From Macrostomum lignano (Eukaryota), in contig NIVC01004076.1 in the NCBI GenBank assembly GCA_002269645.1, forward strand, positions 1 to 61,706: 61,706 nt of DNA, in the 5' to 3' direction. The position numbers and the translations under genes were made by a program. The notes under the pieces were generated by a model. That model made no database searches. It saw only the letters and a program-made list of their open reading frames with translations, and had not been told where the DNA came from. Shown here piece by piece: positions 19,332 through 31,353 of this stretch. Each line of letters opens with the position of its first letter. Position 1 is the first letter of the stretch.

Positions 19332-21897
19332 CATGGGATCGGCAAACCTTTTTACCTGGAGGGCAAGATAGAGAATCCAAGAGCATGACTGTTTGCCAGA
19401 TGAGAGAGGAAAGGAGAGGAAATAGAGGAGAGAGAAGAGGAAAGATAAGATGAAATATGAGATGGTAGAGAAGATAAGAAGAGAGAAAAGGGAAGAGAGA
19501 GTGGAGATTAGAAAAAAGAAAATAGAGGGAAGAGACGAGAGAGAAGTTTCGAAGGACCTAAGGAATGGAGAGAGAGGCCAGAGGCCAGAGTCCAGATCTT
19601 GTAACGCATTTTTAGACAGATGTTGCCTGTCATCGACATCATTCCGCGCGGCACCCCAGCCGAAGAGATCCAATGCTTGCCTCAAATTTTGCATCTGTGG
19701 CAATCAGTTAAAAAGCTGCAATTGGGAACCAGCATTAGGGCCGCAGTTTATGGGGATAAAACGGCTTATATCAATTTTGAGTCCCAAGAATGAAGCAAGC
19801 ATGACTTTACATTTGAGCGAATCTCTAGGAGATTATTCTAAGCCCGATCAGACAGGAATGTGTTTAAGAATGTATGCAAAAACAGTCCCTGGATTGGAAT
19901 TCAACGGGTTCAAAATCAAGCTTGTCTATATATATAGATATGAATACTCTGTCTGTCTGTGTGTCTGTGTACAAAGTTGATCACTATGGACTCCCAAACC
20001 GCAAATATTGTAGTGTAATAAAATTTTTGAATTCAGAAAATCACTGCCTAGTGCTGCCTGGAGGGCCATTAACCAGCTGACTGGCAGGAAGCCCAGGCTC
20101 AACATCATCTTCGGTGCTGATTCCACCGAGCACCGCAAGGCCCTGCTGGCCAACCACTACCGCGACGTGCTCAATGCGCGTCTTCTGCCAATCCCAAACT
20201 TCGCTCCAGCCCAGGCAGGTGCCTTCAACACCGGCCCCTTCACTGCAGGCGAGGTTGGCCGAGCGCTGACGACCATGCGAGCTGATGCCGCTTCTGGGGT
20301 TGACACCATCCGTCCCAGGGTCCTGAAGCTGCCTGAGCTCCACTCCAAGCATCACCAGCTTGCTGAACAAGCACTGCAGCCTTGGAGGCAACGAGGCTGC
20401 CCCAGCTCCTCAGCAATGGCGCACCTCCAAGATTGTCTCCACCAGCCTCCACCAGCCTGGACAACCAGCGGGGCATCGCTCTGGAATGCACAACGCCGAA
20501 GCTGCTGACCGCAATTCTGCACATCCGCCTCCTGCCCGGCCTCAACCCGCTGCTGCCGAGCCAACAAAGAGGCTTCCGTCCGGGCAGGTCCACCACCGAG
20601 CAGGTTGCCACCATCCGCTCTGTCATTGAGGCCTGCAATACTTGCCAGCGTTCCGTGTCAATCATCTTTGTCGACTTTTGCAAGGCATTTACACGATAGG
20701 TGTCCAGGCCTGCAATCGGGTGGCTTCTATCTCACTATGAAGAAACTGCTGCGCTGGTGAGCGCGGTGATGGACCTCTACCGCGACTCCAGGGCCTTTGT
20801 CGATCATTTCGAGCGATGGAATCACAGAAGAGTTCGGCACCAGCTCAGGCGTCCTTCAGGGCGACACGCTGGCTCCCCTGCTTTCCTTCGTGGTTGTGGA
20901 CTAAATTTACGTGCTTCGTCGGTCCCTTCGCGAGGATGACAGCTACTTGCTGGTCTCACGCCGAAGCTCCAGACGCCCTGCTGTTTTGCTTCCCGCTCTC
21001 CGTATGCTGCCCAGTGGGCTCTCACAAGGCTTTGCGACGTGGGTGCCCGTGTTGGGCTGCTGGTGAATTCTCGCAAGACAAAGGTGCTGCACGTGGGCAC
21101 GAATACAGCCCCAAATATCACGCTGCCCAATGGAGACCGCATCTCGGTGTGCGAGGACTTTCGGTACCTCGGCGTACTGGTGATGAACCCAGTTGCAATT
21201 GTCTGACAGAAGAAACCAGGGCCTAGCGCGCTGCGCACCTCCTTAGGAACGTCTTTAATTCAGCTGCCAGAGACAACCTGAAGGTGCGCCTGTTCTGCGC
21301 AGCCGCAGAGCCAATCCTCCTGCACGGCATGGAGGCGGTGCCGCTGACCGTCACGCGAAGGCGAGCCCTGGACGCGCTCTACCGATCGCTGCTGCGCTAC
21401 GCGCTGGGCGTGCACCACGCGAAGCGCCTGCCGACCCGCGCTTGAGCACCACCCTGAGCGCTACCCTGAGCAACCGCCGTCAGATGCTGCTGGGCCACTG
21501 CATGCCTACGGACCCTGGACCGCGGTGTGCAACAAACAACAGAAAACAGGAAACAGACAACAAAGGTAGCTCTTCACAGACCAGCAGATCGAGTGCAAGT
21601 GCGGCAGAAGGAGAGCAAACCCAGAATAGAAGCCCTCGACCACAGAAAAGATCAATCCCGTCGGCTCAAGGTTGGTGTTATTTTTCAGCTCTCTTTTTTA
21701 TATTCTCTTCTCTCTCCCCACTCTCCTCAATCCCCTCTTCTCTTATCTTATCTTCTATCTTTTCTGTCATCTCTCGCCTCTCTTCTCTTCTGTCATCTCT
21801 TATCTTCTATTCCCTACCCTATCCACTCTCATCAGATCTGCGGCCATGAGCTGGATTCTTTATCTGGCCCATGACGTAAAAAGCTTGCCTATCCTTG
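19332..21897. mobile_element. Pair of inverted hAT/Charlie-like termini, each followed inward by a GA-rich tract
   Basis: CATGGGATCGGCAAACCTTTTTACC..GGGCAAGATAGAGAATCCA at 19332 resembles the reverse complement of the 21897 end (CAAGGATAGGCAAGCTTTTTACG..GGGCCAGATAAAGAATCCA), a MER58-like terminus pattern. No matching TSD is visible, so these may be two separate copies. Confidence 0.45.
20050..21530 (+). mobile_element. Degenerate 5'-truncated non-LTR retrotransposon (RTE-like RT)
   Basis: Frameshifted RT motifs: AASGVDTI, NQRGIAL, QRGFRPGRSTTEQV, IFVDFCKAF, SGVLQGDTLAP, FA.DD region, GLLVNSRKTKVL, FRYLGV. Confidence 0.85.
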
Positions 21898-23132
21898 CTC
21901 CACTGGAGCTTGCGGGAACGCCATCGCCGCACAACCTCCAGTTAAAAGTGAGTGCACCAATTATACTACTTACTGCGCAATGTAAATGCCAAGCAACTCT
22001 TTTCGAATTGGATTGAGGCAAAAATCGTGACAGAATCTGGCAAAGGGAAATCTTTGTCTCTGACTTAGCTGAGCTGGTGGGTTGAAATGATCTGACGGAG
22101 TCGATGACTTGCAATAATTGCGCCTAATCTGACTAATGAAGCTTCTGTTGAATGTAACTATGCTGTTCCATCCTTGGAGTCACAAAGTAATCATTTTGGA
22201 TCTTTTCTATAACGCCATCGGTGCCACATTGAGAGTGTTTGAGTTGATAGAGCGGATCACAAATAGCAATCACAAATGTTTAAGAATCCTCTCGAATCCT
22301 TGATCAAGAGATGAAAAAGCTATTTTTTCTGGAAAGGTTTTAACGGGAAAATACATAATTGCTTAACAAATTGGGGCATTTAGTGAAGCCTGGTTCTTGC
22401 AAATAAAAAATCCAAGGCACGAAAAGTACCTCCAGTTTTCCCTAGTCTTTTGGCTTATCTAGCTATTTTTATTGAAAACGAAACGCAAGCAGGTGTTTTA
22501 CAAGCAAATCGACTGTTTGCTAAAGCTTATACAGTTACAGCACGCAGAAACATGAGCGCTAAATTTTTTTTTGGTGCGCAAACAAGAAGCTGTCACACCA
22601 GCCTTTATCATCGCTTTTATACTATGCATGAATGGCGTGAAGGTGTAAAAAAGCCGGATGGTAAGCTCACACGTGGCCTTGAATTTGTACAGGCAAAGCT
22701 TAAACTGTGTGATGCCGCGTGCGTGACTAAAACAGCTTAGTTGTTCAATCATTCTCTGGATTGCATAACACGTGTGTAGGGAGACACAGTTTGTCGAAAA
22801 GCGAAAACGCAACACCGGGCTTCCGGCAAACACACGCGCGACACGCAATATTGTAAGGCAGCTGATAAAATGGACACAACTGAGAATACAGAGACACGTG
22901 AATTGCATTAATAATTCAAGACCAGCCACTCGAAATTCTAAGCATCCAGCTGTGTCTTTCACAGGACAAGGACAAAACACCCGGTAAAATGAAGATGAGT
23001 TTGCAGCCCACTGATCTGCCTTAATATTGCTCTTGCCGGCAGAGGCGTTACATTGCATGGTTTCATGTCAGGCTCGTAGGTTTGTAAACAAAAAATGGTA
23101 AAACGATATCTACGTGTAAGGGGTCTCTCTAG

Positions 23133-23354
23133 TGGTTGCTTTCACAAAGGCGAAATTTCACAACCGCTAATCACCTTCTTTCATAAACGCGAAATTTCAT
23201 AACCGCGAAACTTCACAACCGCTAAATCACCTACTTTCATAAGCACTAAACTTCACAAACGCGAAATTTCACAACCGCTAAAAAGACTGCCGTATATGAA
23301 AGTAAGTGCAAAAATTTTAGCGGTTGTGAAATTTCACGCTTGTAAAACCCACCC
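23133..23354. mobile_element. 222-bp MITE with 38-bp imperfect TIR and internal motif array
   Basis: An 8-bp direct repeat CTCTCTAG lies at 23125-23132 and 23355-23362. The motif (A)AATTTCACAACCGCTAA is repeated internally and inverted at the right end. Confidence 0.7.
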
Positions 23355-23399
23355 CTCTCTAGGACTTGACTTGAGACGGTGCTGCTGGTACGTGCGAGC

Positions 23400-24310
23400 G
23401 TAATCATATTGGCTTCGAGTTTTTAAAGCAACCACGAGATTCGAATAATGAATAAAAAAACTGAAACCCTGGTTCTCTCCATGGATCGATCCGCCCTTAG
23501 TCTTGTTGGATTTTAAATTGACTTCTTCCCTTGTTGGATCCGGACTTCCACAAATAGGCGCTGAAGCGTGGCGACTGTCCATCATGAACTGCTGTGGGCT
23601 TCATATCGGAGTTGCCTGGATGCTTGGATCGTGCGACTAAATTATCTTAGGGAGCTCAGGGAGCGTAATCTGGGATCCAGGCTCACTCACCATGTCTCTG
23701 TCCTCAACGATATTGTATGTACCTTCACATCGCGCCATCTGATGACTTTTTTTCACCTCTGAAGTCAACCTCCGAGCGTAGATACGATTGGTGCACGGAA
23801 AAGACCTTAAGTATGATTTTGCTTTCCCTTCTGCTTTGGAAGTGTTGCTGACGATACAGAGACTACGTACTTCTCATGATTCCTTTCCAGTACCAAAAAG
23901 ACATAATGCTGACTCCAGACATCGTCGAGTCTTGGGTGTTGGAATATTCTCTAGGCAATATTTATTTCTCTGAAAGCGTTCTCCAACGATACGATCAAGG
24001 GTGTGGTCATGCTAGCTAGGCCCTCTCGGTGAGTAGCCTAGGTGATTCACTCCACTCATTCATGCAGCAGCGAAAGAATGTCAATAGCAGATCAAAAGCA
24101 ATATAGCAAAGAAGCAAGTGGGGTTTATTCGAGATGCCTGGATATTGATATGTGTAATATATTTCGGCTAAAGTAAAAGGAACTATTGACAGAAGCATCA
24201 TTGCTCCTCAGTTGCTTTACTGATTGATTAAGCATCTCATCGATCAATACTTTCCCAAAGTTTCATCCAACAAGCAAGGAAACTTTTCAAGGGGATTGAT
24301 TGATTTTCAA
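23400..24310 (-). pseudogene. Possible highly decayed piggyBac-like transposase relic
   Basis: Scattered fragments NPLEKFPCLLDETLGKVLIDEMLN and NKTKGG (compare YNxTKGGVD) occur in the expected order, but with many stops and frameshifts. Confidence 0.25.
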
Positions 24311-24640
24311 ATCTATGGAAATTTTTCCCAACGAAATGTCCTGTTGCTAAAACAATCCGATATTGGTGAACTGAAGCAAATCAATTGAAGGCTCAATTAG
24401 ACATAAAACTGTAACAATGGCGTGTGAAAGATCAAATGAATGGCACATATCAGTTCTATCATAAAATCTTTCGGTGAAAATACTCAAAAGATTAAACGGA
24501 TTCTAATCGGCCTTGCAAGCGTGAAGAGAGAACTGGATGCATCGTTAAAAAACCAAGAAAAAAGTTCGCGAAACCAATGGGAACACCTCACAGCTGCGGA
24601 ATAGGCTATTCAGCACACACCTAACCTTGAGATTTTTGGG

Positions 24641-24648
24641 TATAAATA
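24641..24648 (+). promoter_or_regulatory. Candidate TATA box of GPCR paralogue 4
   Basis: TATAAATA about 100 nt upstream of ATG 24746. Confidence 0.5.
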
Positions 24649-24745
24649 GAAGCTCAAACCAATCATGCACTCGACTGCTGTATATCGAATTCATGCTTCA
24701 TTCTTGCTGAAGCAACACTAAGATTGCTTTGTTCAAACCGAGCAG

Positions 24746-25822
24746 ATGAACGAAACAAACTCTAGCAATCCTCAGGAGCCCTGGTTCCACGACCCCAACT
24801 GGAACTGGTTCATCTGGAACGTCTTCGTCTGGCTTTTTCCGCTGCTCTGTCTGGTCGGAGCGGTCGCGAACGCCGTCTCCTTCTACGTGATCGTGTCCAA
24901 CAGGAAGTCGTTTCCCTACGTCACCAGGCAGTACCTCACCATCATCACTGCCAGTGACTTTCTCATTCTCACCTGCAAGGTGAGCACTCACTACTTTGGC
25001 TACATGGCATTCTACGTGAAGACGAACAAGTGGACCTGGTTCACTAATCCGAGAGGTTGGGGAATCGCTTGGTGCATTGTGTACGACTTCTTTACATACT
25101 ATGGGCTGGTAGGATCTCAGTTTTTTCAACTGGGTCTCACGGTAGATCGGCTGATTGCGGTAGCGGCTCCGATGAAGGCCAAGGTGATTCTGACACATCG
25201 GAGAAGCTGGGTAATGCTGAGCCTCATCACTGCAATGGCACTGCTACTGCCGATCATGTTCGTCGCGAATAGAACGTGGAACGACGCCACTAACAACTGT
25301 GGATTACGAAGTGTCAACTATCTAGTGAACGTGTACCAGCCGGCCGAGTTCTACTTTGGCAGGGTGTTCCTCGTTCTGGCGCTGACGTCGGGCACGGTGG
25401 TCATCTGCGTGCTGCTGGCCTGGAACAACAGGACCGCTCGGCGAATGCACTCCGACACGGCCGGCTCTGAGCAGCAGCAGCGGAGCAACCGAGAGCGACA
25501 GAGGTCGCTTGTTCGGATCAGCCTCATGCTGGTCTTCATCAACGTCTTCTTTCTGATCACGTCTCTGCCGTGGAGCATCGGCGCTCTACTAGAAGACCAG
25601 CTGGTTACTGAACTTGGAGTCAACCCTTTCATATTGATGATGCGGCACTTCAACTCGCTGCTGTACGCGAACAACGCTCTGTCCTGGGTGACGTACTTGA
25701 TGGGACGGAACTTCCGAGAGGCGTTTCGCCGAGTGTGGCTGTCCCTGTGCTGCTGCTGCTGCGCCTCCTGCCGTCGTCGAGTGGACGCTTCGGGCAGCAG
25801 CTCGACGGCGAGCACTCGATAG
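24746..25822 (+). CDS. Class A GPCR, intronless (paralogue 4, 358 aa)
   Basis: Intact ORF with the same 7TM motifs as paralogue 2 and a CCCCC tail. Confidence 0.92.
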   Translation: MNETNSSNPQEPWFHDPNWNWFIWNVFVWLFPLLCLVGAVANAVSFYVIVSNRKSFPYVTRQYLTIITASDFLILTCKVSTHYFGYMAFYVKTNKWTWFTNPRGWGIAWCIVYDFFTYYGLVGSQFFQLGLTVDRLIAVAAPMKAKVILTHRRSWVMLSLITAMALLLPIMFVANRTWNDATNNCGLRSVNYLVNVYQPAEFYFGRVFLVLALTSGTVVICVLLAWNNRTARRMHSDTAGSEQQQRSNRERQRSLVRISLMLVFINVFFLITSLPWSIGALLEDQLVTELGVNPFILMMRHFNSLLYANNALSWVTYLMGRNFREAFRRVWLSLCCCCCASCRRRVDASGSSSTASTR

Positions 25823-28779
25823 AGCGTGCTCTAGGACTGATCGACTGGGCTGAGCTGATGGATTGAAAGATCTTATAGACTCAATGATTTGCGATGCACA
25901 TCTATTTTATTCTGACTAATGTGACTGCAGTCATCTAGAGGAAAATTCGAACTTTAAAAAACTATAGAATAATTCGTTCAAATTCTTATTGAAATAAAGC
26001 AATGAGGCTGAAAGTTTTGATTATTGTGGCTTAGTTAATTAACTTAATATTTATCATAATGCAAAAAACTAAGTCTGGACAAATATGTCTTATATAGAAA
26101 TGTTGAGAATAAAAACATTCGAACGGGAAAAGTATAAAATGGAAATAGACTCGTTTGTTTCGATGCAAATGTTCTTTCTTTACAGTCATAAATTAGCTCC
26201 TATTGATCCGTTTTATTCAGACTATGAAGCTCCTATCTAGTTTGATTGAAATACGGGTACATGTAAGTAGCTACTAAGCTAGTCTTTTTTGCAAGCTAAC
26301 CTACATCAAGCTAACAACTTGTATTGATTTCTCAATACTGGGAATTAACGAGGATGCAATGCGAGCTCTACTTATCCTGCGGCTTCGTTTTATTTACACT
26401 TTCCTTTGCTGGGTTTCCACTGGGCTTACTCGACTCCAGGAGTGCATGCTTACAGTTTTACTTTCGGTCAAGCATATACCCGAACTGTTTTCCTATGAAA
26501 GCCAAAAGTCTGATTGATCAGGAACAATCAGATTACTGTCTTGTAGTCGTTGGAAGTAGAAAGCGACACAAAATCAAGACTGAACAAGCTTCAGGATCAC
26601 AAACACCTTCTATCAATAATCGAAGCGACATCTTCATTCATCTTACGCTCGTAAAACACGCAATATTACGATATTTTGTTTAAAATGTTTTACACGCTGT
26701 TATCTGACAAGGTATGGTATAACTATAGGTACATTCAGTCCTGCTGGTCGTTGCTTGAAAGCTTAAGCCGAAGACTAAAATAAACTGAACTGTAGCCCCC
26801 ATGCGACGTCAGCCGATCTTGCATTATTAAAAATTAATTTCTAACATCAGCAAGATTAATTTGCTGCTTCAAAATAAGCGATAGCCACTACGAGCTTAGG
26901 AAGAAAATTTGTTTGAGCCAATCTTGTTTACTCAGCCTGTATGCATAGCTTTCGCGGAAGCAATTTTTGGCAGAGAATAATCACCCGTCAGTCCTGTGCG
27001 GTGTTCGAAGTTATTTTTTACAAGCTGCAGCCCTATATTCAGATGTAGTCAATCCGAAGTCAGAGTCGGCCTTTTTATTTGTTATTGCAGAATACTCGCT
27101 GCAATTCTTGTTACTCGTATACTTTTAAGGAAATGAGAAGCAGATTTGAGTGTCATTCCACATTGCAGATACGATACTGATTACATTTCTCAGCAGAGCA
27201 AATGAAAGCAACAGATGAAGAAGAAAAGCAGCAGTGCTTAAGGAGTCTGCAAGTGTCCTCGACCGTTTTTTTATTATGCCAGCCTCCTTGCAGCTGTTGC
27301 AACTTTTAGCGCGAATGCATATTGCGTTATTGGTTGGCAGTCATGATTCTTCTTTGCCTTCTTCTAGGTTTTGAAGTGACGAAAAATTTGACGCACTCTT
27401 AGAGAACGGTGTGGCATACTATACTCTCGTATATTAGTTTTTGGGTCGTCGTCTGACATGGGCTGGAGGGTAGAGGACAAAATGGTGCACCTTTTGCATC
27501 AACGAAATATATGCAAAATTTACTTTAAAGCTTCTATCGTCCTACTGATAGTAGAGTAATTGGCGAGCTTACTGTTGGACTGGTCCTTATGCAACAACAA
27601 GTGCCATGGAAGTCCTCAACAAGTATTATCTGCGAAGTAGCATGCACAGGTCCGATTACATTTTAGCATAAAAAAAGATGCATGCTGAGCTGGCTCGGGG
27701 TTTATTTAAAGGCAAATAAAATGAAAATAGAAAAAATAATGATTTACTTATAAAAATCAACATCATCATCACTCTTTTTGTAAAGATTTTTGCATTCCAT
27801 CTGCAATCGCAGGAACTCCCTAATTACGGATATAATTACACGTTGCCTATAGTAGTATATAGTGTATAAGCTTGTCCAATTGATTTGCAATCTTATATTA
27901 ATAATTAATATTTGGCTAGTGCGCAAGAACCGGTAGACAACAAGGACTCCTTGGAAGGCGCGCGTGACTTCCTGTTGTCAGATGAGGCTCAAGACAATCC
28001 GGCACACGTTGGACTGAGGTTTTAGCTCAGCCTGCGAGGACACGTACACGCTGCACGCGGACAAGACAAAAAGTACAAAGAAAGCAGAGACCAAGCAGGA
28101 GGCGACACAGGCCGGTAGAATTCCGCGTTAGCGAATGAGAAGCGATCTTGCTGCTTTTTAAAGACTGCATGCTTGTAGCCTTGAAAAACGCTTCTGAACG
28201 TCATTAGACGTTGAGCCGCGCGTTCAGTACTCGTTGTCCATCCGTTCTGGTTGAATTCAGTTCCTTGTTGGCTTCTAATATCAGGTAAGTCCGCTATTCT
28301 ACGTATATTTCTTACATTGGAGTTGACTACTACACAAACTAGGGCAATTCTCTCTTTTAATGCCACAGCTCTAATTTAATTCACCAAAATATTTTTAGTT
28401 CTTTAGTACGAGGGTACCAATGAACTTCATAACCGTTATTGGTCGTTTTCTTTCTTATTTTCATGCACTTTCGACGTACAAGCACATCTTCCTGACAACT
28501 GGACTGTATTTTTGGCAGACCACATTTTTAGAAAACAAATACAATAATGGCAGTAATATAACCATAAAGTTTGTCTATTCATTATAGGATGGTACACGTA
28601 ATACTGCATTCGCGATTAATTATTCACATTTACTGCGTATATTGCCTTGCAGAAGAAACTTCAGTGGAAAGAGTCTCAAATAAATAAAATTTAGCTTGTA
28701 GCTACTTTACACGTGTGGCTGAAGGCTACCGAATCAGAAGCACAAGCACCTAGAGTTTTCAGCCGGAAGAATCGAAGCA

Positions 28780-29895
28780 ATGAATAACACAACAGCTGCT
28801 GGCCTAGAGAGCGAAAGAAATACAACCAGCGAGTTTGGCGATCCTATATGGAACCAGTTTGCCTGGGCCGTCTTCATATGGCTGTTTCCGCCGCTCTGTC
28901 TGGTTGGAACAATCGCCAACGCCGTCTCCTTCTACGTGATCGTGTCCAACAGGAAGTCGTTCCCCTATGTCACCCGGCAGTACCTCAGCATCATCACTGC
29001 CAGCGACTTTCTCATTCTCACGTGCAAAGCGAGTACACATTATCTGATCTATATCAAAAGCGTATCGGACTCAAACACTATCTTTCTGTCACCGAGAGCC
29101 TGGGGACTCACCTGGTGCATTGTGTACGACTTCTTTACCTACTATGCGCTGGTGGGATCCCAGTTCTTCCAGCTGGGCCTCACGGTGGATCGCCTGATAG
29201 CCGTAGCCGCTCCGATGAAGGCCAAGGTGATTCTGACGCATCGAAGAAGCTGGGTGCTGCTAGGCCTCATCACTACGATGTCGCTGCTACTGCCAGTCAT
29301 GTTCGTCGCGAACCGGACGTGGCATAACGGCAATTGTGTCTTCCGCAGCCAACAGTACTTCGAAATTGTGTACAAGTCGGTGGAGTTCTACTTTGGTAGG
29401 GTGTTCCTGGTCTCCGCTTTAACCTCTGGCACAGTGGCCATCTGCCTGCTGCTGGCCTGGAACAACAGGACCGCTAGGAGGTTGGACATCGAGGTGAATG
29501 CCACTGAATCGCAACAGCTGCGTCACAAATATCTGGTCCGCATCAGCCTGATGCTGGTCTTTATCAATTTAATCTTTCTGGCAACAGCCCTGCCATGGAC
29601 CATTTCAATTCTAACGGAGGACCAGTTGACCACAGTGATGGGCCAGGACTTTTACTATCGAATGCTCCGCCATTTCAACTCGATCCTGTACGTAAACAAC
29701 GCAGTAAGTTGGATTGCCTATTTCATGGGCCGCAATTTTCGCGAGGCCTTTTGCCGCTCATTGCGAACAGAGCAGCTGCGCCGCCGCTGGCAACAAAGGA
29801 GCGGTCAAAGGCCGTCCGGCCTGGCGCCGCAAGCAAGGGACGCCGAGATCGAGGACTTGCAGGTGGAGACGACGCGGTTTTTAGCGGAACCATAG
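28780..29895 (+). CDS. Class A GPCR, intronless (paralogue 5, 371 aa, most divergent)
   Basis: Intact ORF with TVDRLIAVAAPMKAK, a shorter ICL3, and a different C-tail without the poly-Cys. Confidence 0.92.
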   Translation: MNNTTAAGLESERNTTSEFGDPIWNQFAWAVFIWLFPPLCLVGTIANAVSFYVIVSNRKSFPYVTRQYLSIITASDFLILTCKASTHYLIYIKSVSDSNTIFLSPRAWGLTWCIVYDFFTYYALVGSQFFQLGLTVDRLIAVAAPMKAKVILTHRRSWVLLGLITTMSLLLPVMFVANRTWHNGNCVFRSQQYFEIVYKSVEFYFGRVFLVSALTSGTVAICLLLAWNNRTARRLDIEVNATESQQLRHKYLVRISLMLVFINLIFLATALPWTISILTEDQLTTVMGQDFYYRMLRHFNSILYVNNAVSWIAYFMGRNFREAFCRSLRTEQLRRRWQQRSGQRPSGLAPQARDAEIEDLQVETTRFLAEP

Positions 29896-31019
29896 ATCGC
29901 TGTTTTATCCAGCCTTCTGTGCTGTCAAGTGGACAGGACAATCCAGGCCTGGCAAGGTGGATACAAGGGAAAGGGAGTCCACAGGCAGAGGAGACTCGCT
30001 GATTCTACAAGTCAAAGGCAGGAGATACCTCCCGAAAGAAAGCGGAAATATAGCAAGAGCATAGCACGAGCCAGTTAGGGGTTCACTTAATCTTCACCGG
30101 CCCGATAAGTTGAGCTGAGAAAGCAACTCAAAATGACACATGTTTCATATATGGACCCAGTACATTATGACGACAGAATGTGACTTTAGTATCAGACTAT
30201 CACATTACCTCTCCTTCCTTAGGTTTTGCTCCAAGCCATTTCGTTACTGGTGGAAAGCAGACGATTATCATTTTCTTTTTACCGTTGAAACAACATAAAA
30301 TTCGTGAATATTTTTCGACCTTTATTTCATTGATTCGAGTGATTAATCGCTGTCGTGGCGCTGTTAAATATGAAGCAGATTTTTGCCACTATGCTAAAAT
30401 TTTGAGTTGTTGACCTACCTAGGCATCTAGGTAGACAGGAATTTGGTTTAATTTCCTAAAAACGGCTCAAACCATTTCATGAAATTAACTTGCACCGTAC
30501 GATCAAATTTTTTCTGGTGACGGTACACGTGTTGTGGCTAAAAAATTGTCAATACTAGTGACAAAATATAAAAAACATGTTTTTTGCAAAGGTCAAGCGA
30601 TGTCAAGACTCCTGAGGGGATCGCTGAAATGCTGTGATTGCCTAAATTTATTCGGGAAATTGCTGGGATTATCAAAGACTCACGAGGAGAGTTGCTGAGA
30701 TGTCAAGGCTTATGGGGGGATTTGCTGAAATGCGGTGGCTCATGGGGTTGTTAAGAAGCCAAGGGTTTACTGGGAGTTGTTGGTAGATCAAGCATCAAAG
30801 GGAGAGTTAGGGTTAGGCCATGGCTTAAAGGGAAGCTTTGATGCCAAAAGCTCACAGGGGATACTGGTATTGTATCTTAGGTATCTTATAGCTGGCTTTC
30901 AGGGCGTTGAGCATTAAACATCATTTTCCTTAAGAGACTAACAATAACAATATCGACTGCTGAAGGTCAAAAGCTACATGCATCTGATTTTTTTTTTAGA
31001 GGCAGGGGGTTGTGTGCAC

Positions 31020-31353
31020 CCTGGCGCAATTTAAGCGTCATAGGCACACAACCGGCGAGAGGCATTACTGCCCATTTTGCCGACTCCCCTGAGCAGGCAT
31101 ACAAGCGCGCGGATACGTTACGCAGGCACACACTCACACAGGAGTGTACAGCGGCCCTAACTTTTATCAATTGTTAGGCATGTACACTTCACTGCGCCTT
31201 GAGGGGGGGGGGTTGGCTCTCAAGGCCGTTAATTGCACAAGCGAGCCAAGCCGAGATTCCAATCCAGCCCCAAATTAATGTGGCTGCACTTGGAATCGAG
31301 CCTGGGTCGCGGCACACCAGAGCAGCTGCGCTACCGCTGGGCTACGGCCCCCC
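31020..31353 (-). mobile_element. tRNA-derived SINE, family 2 (copy A)
   Basis: Minus strand reads GGGGGGCCGTAGCCCAGCGG (A box) ... GGCTCGATTCC (B box). The body is shared with the copy at 55067. The 3' end is approximate. Confidence 0.7.
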
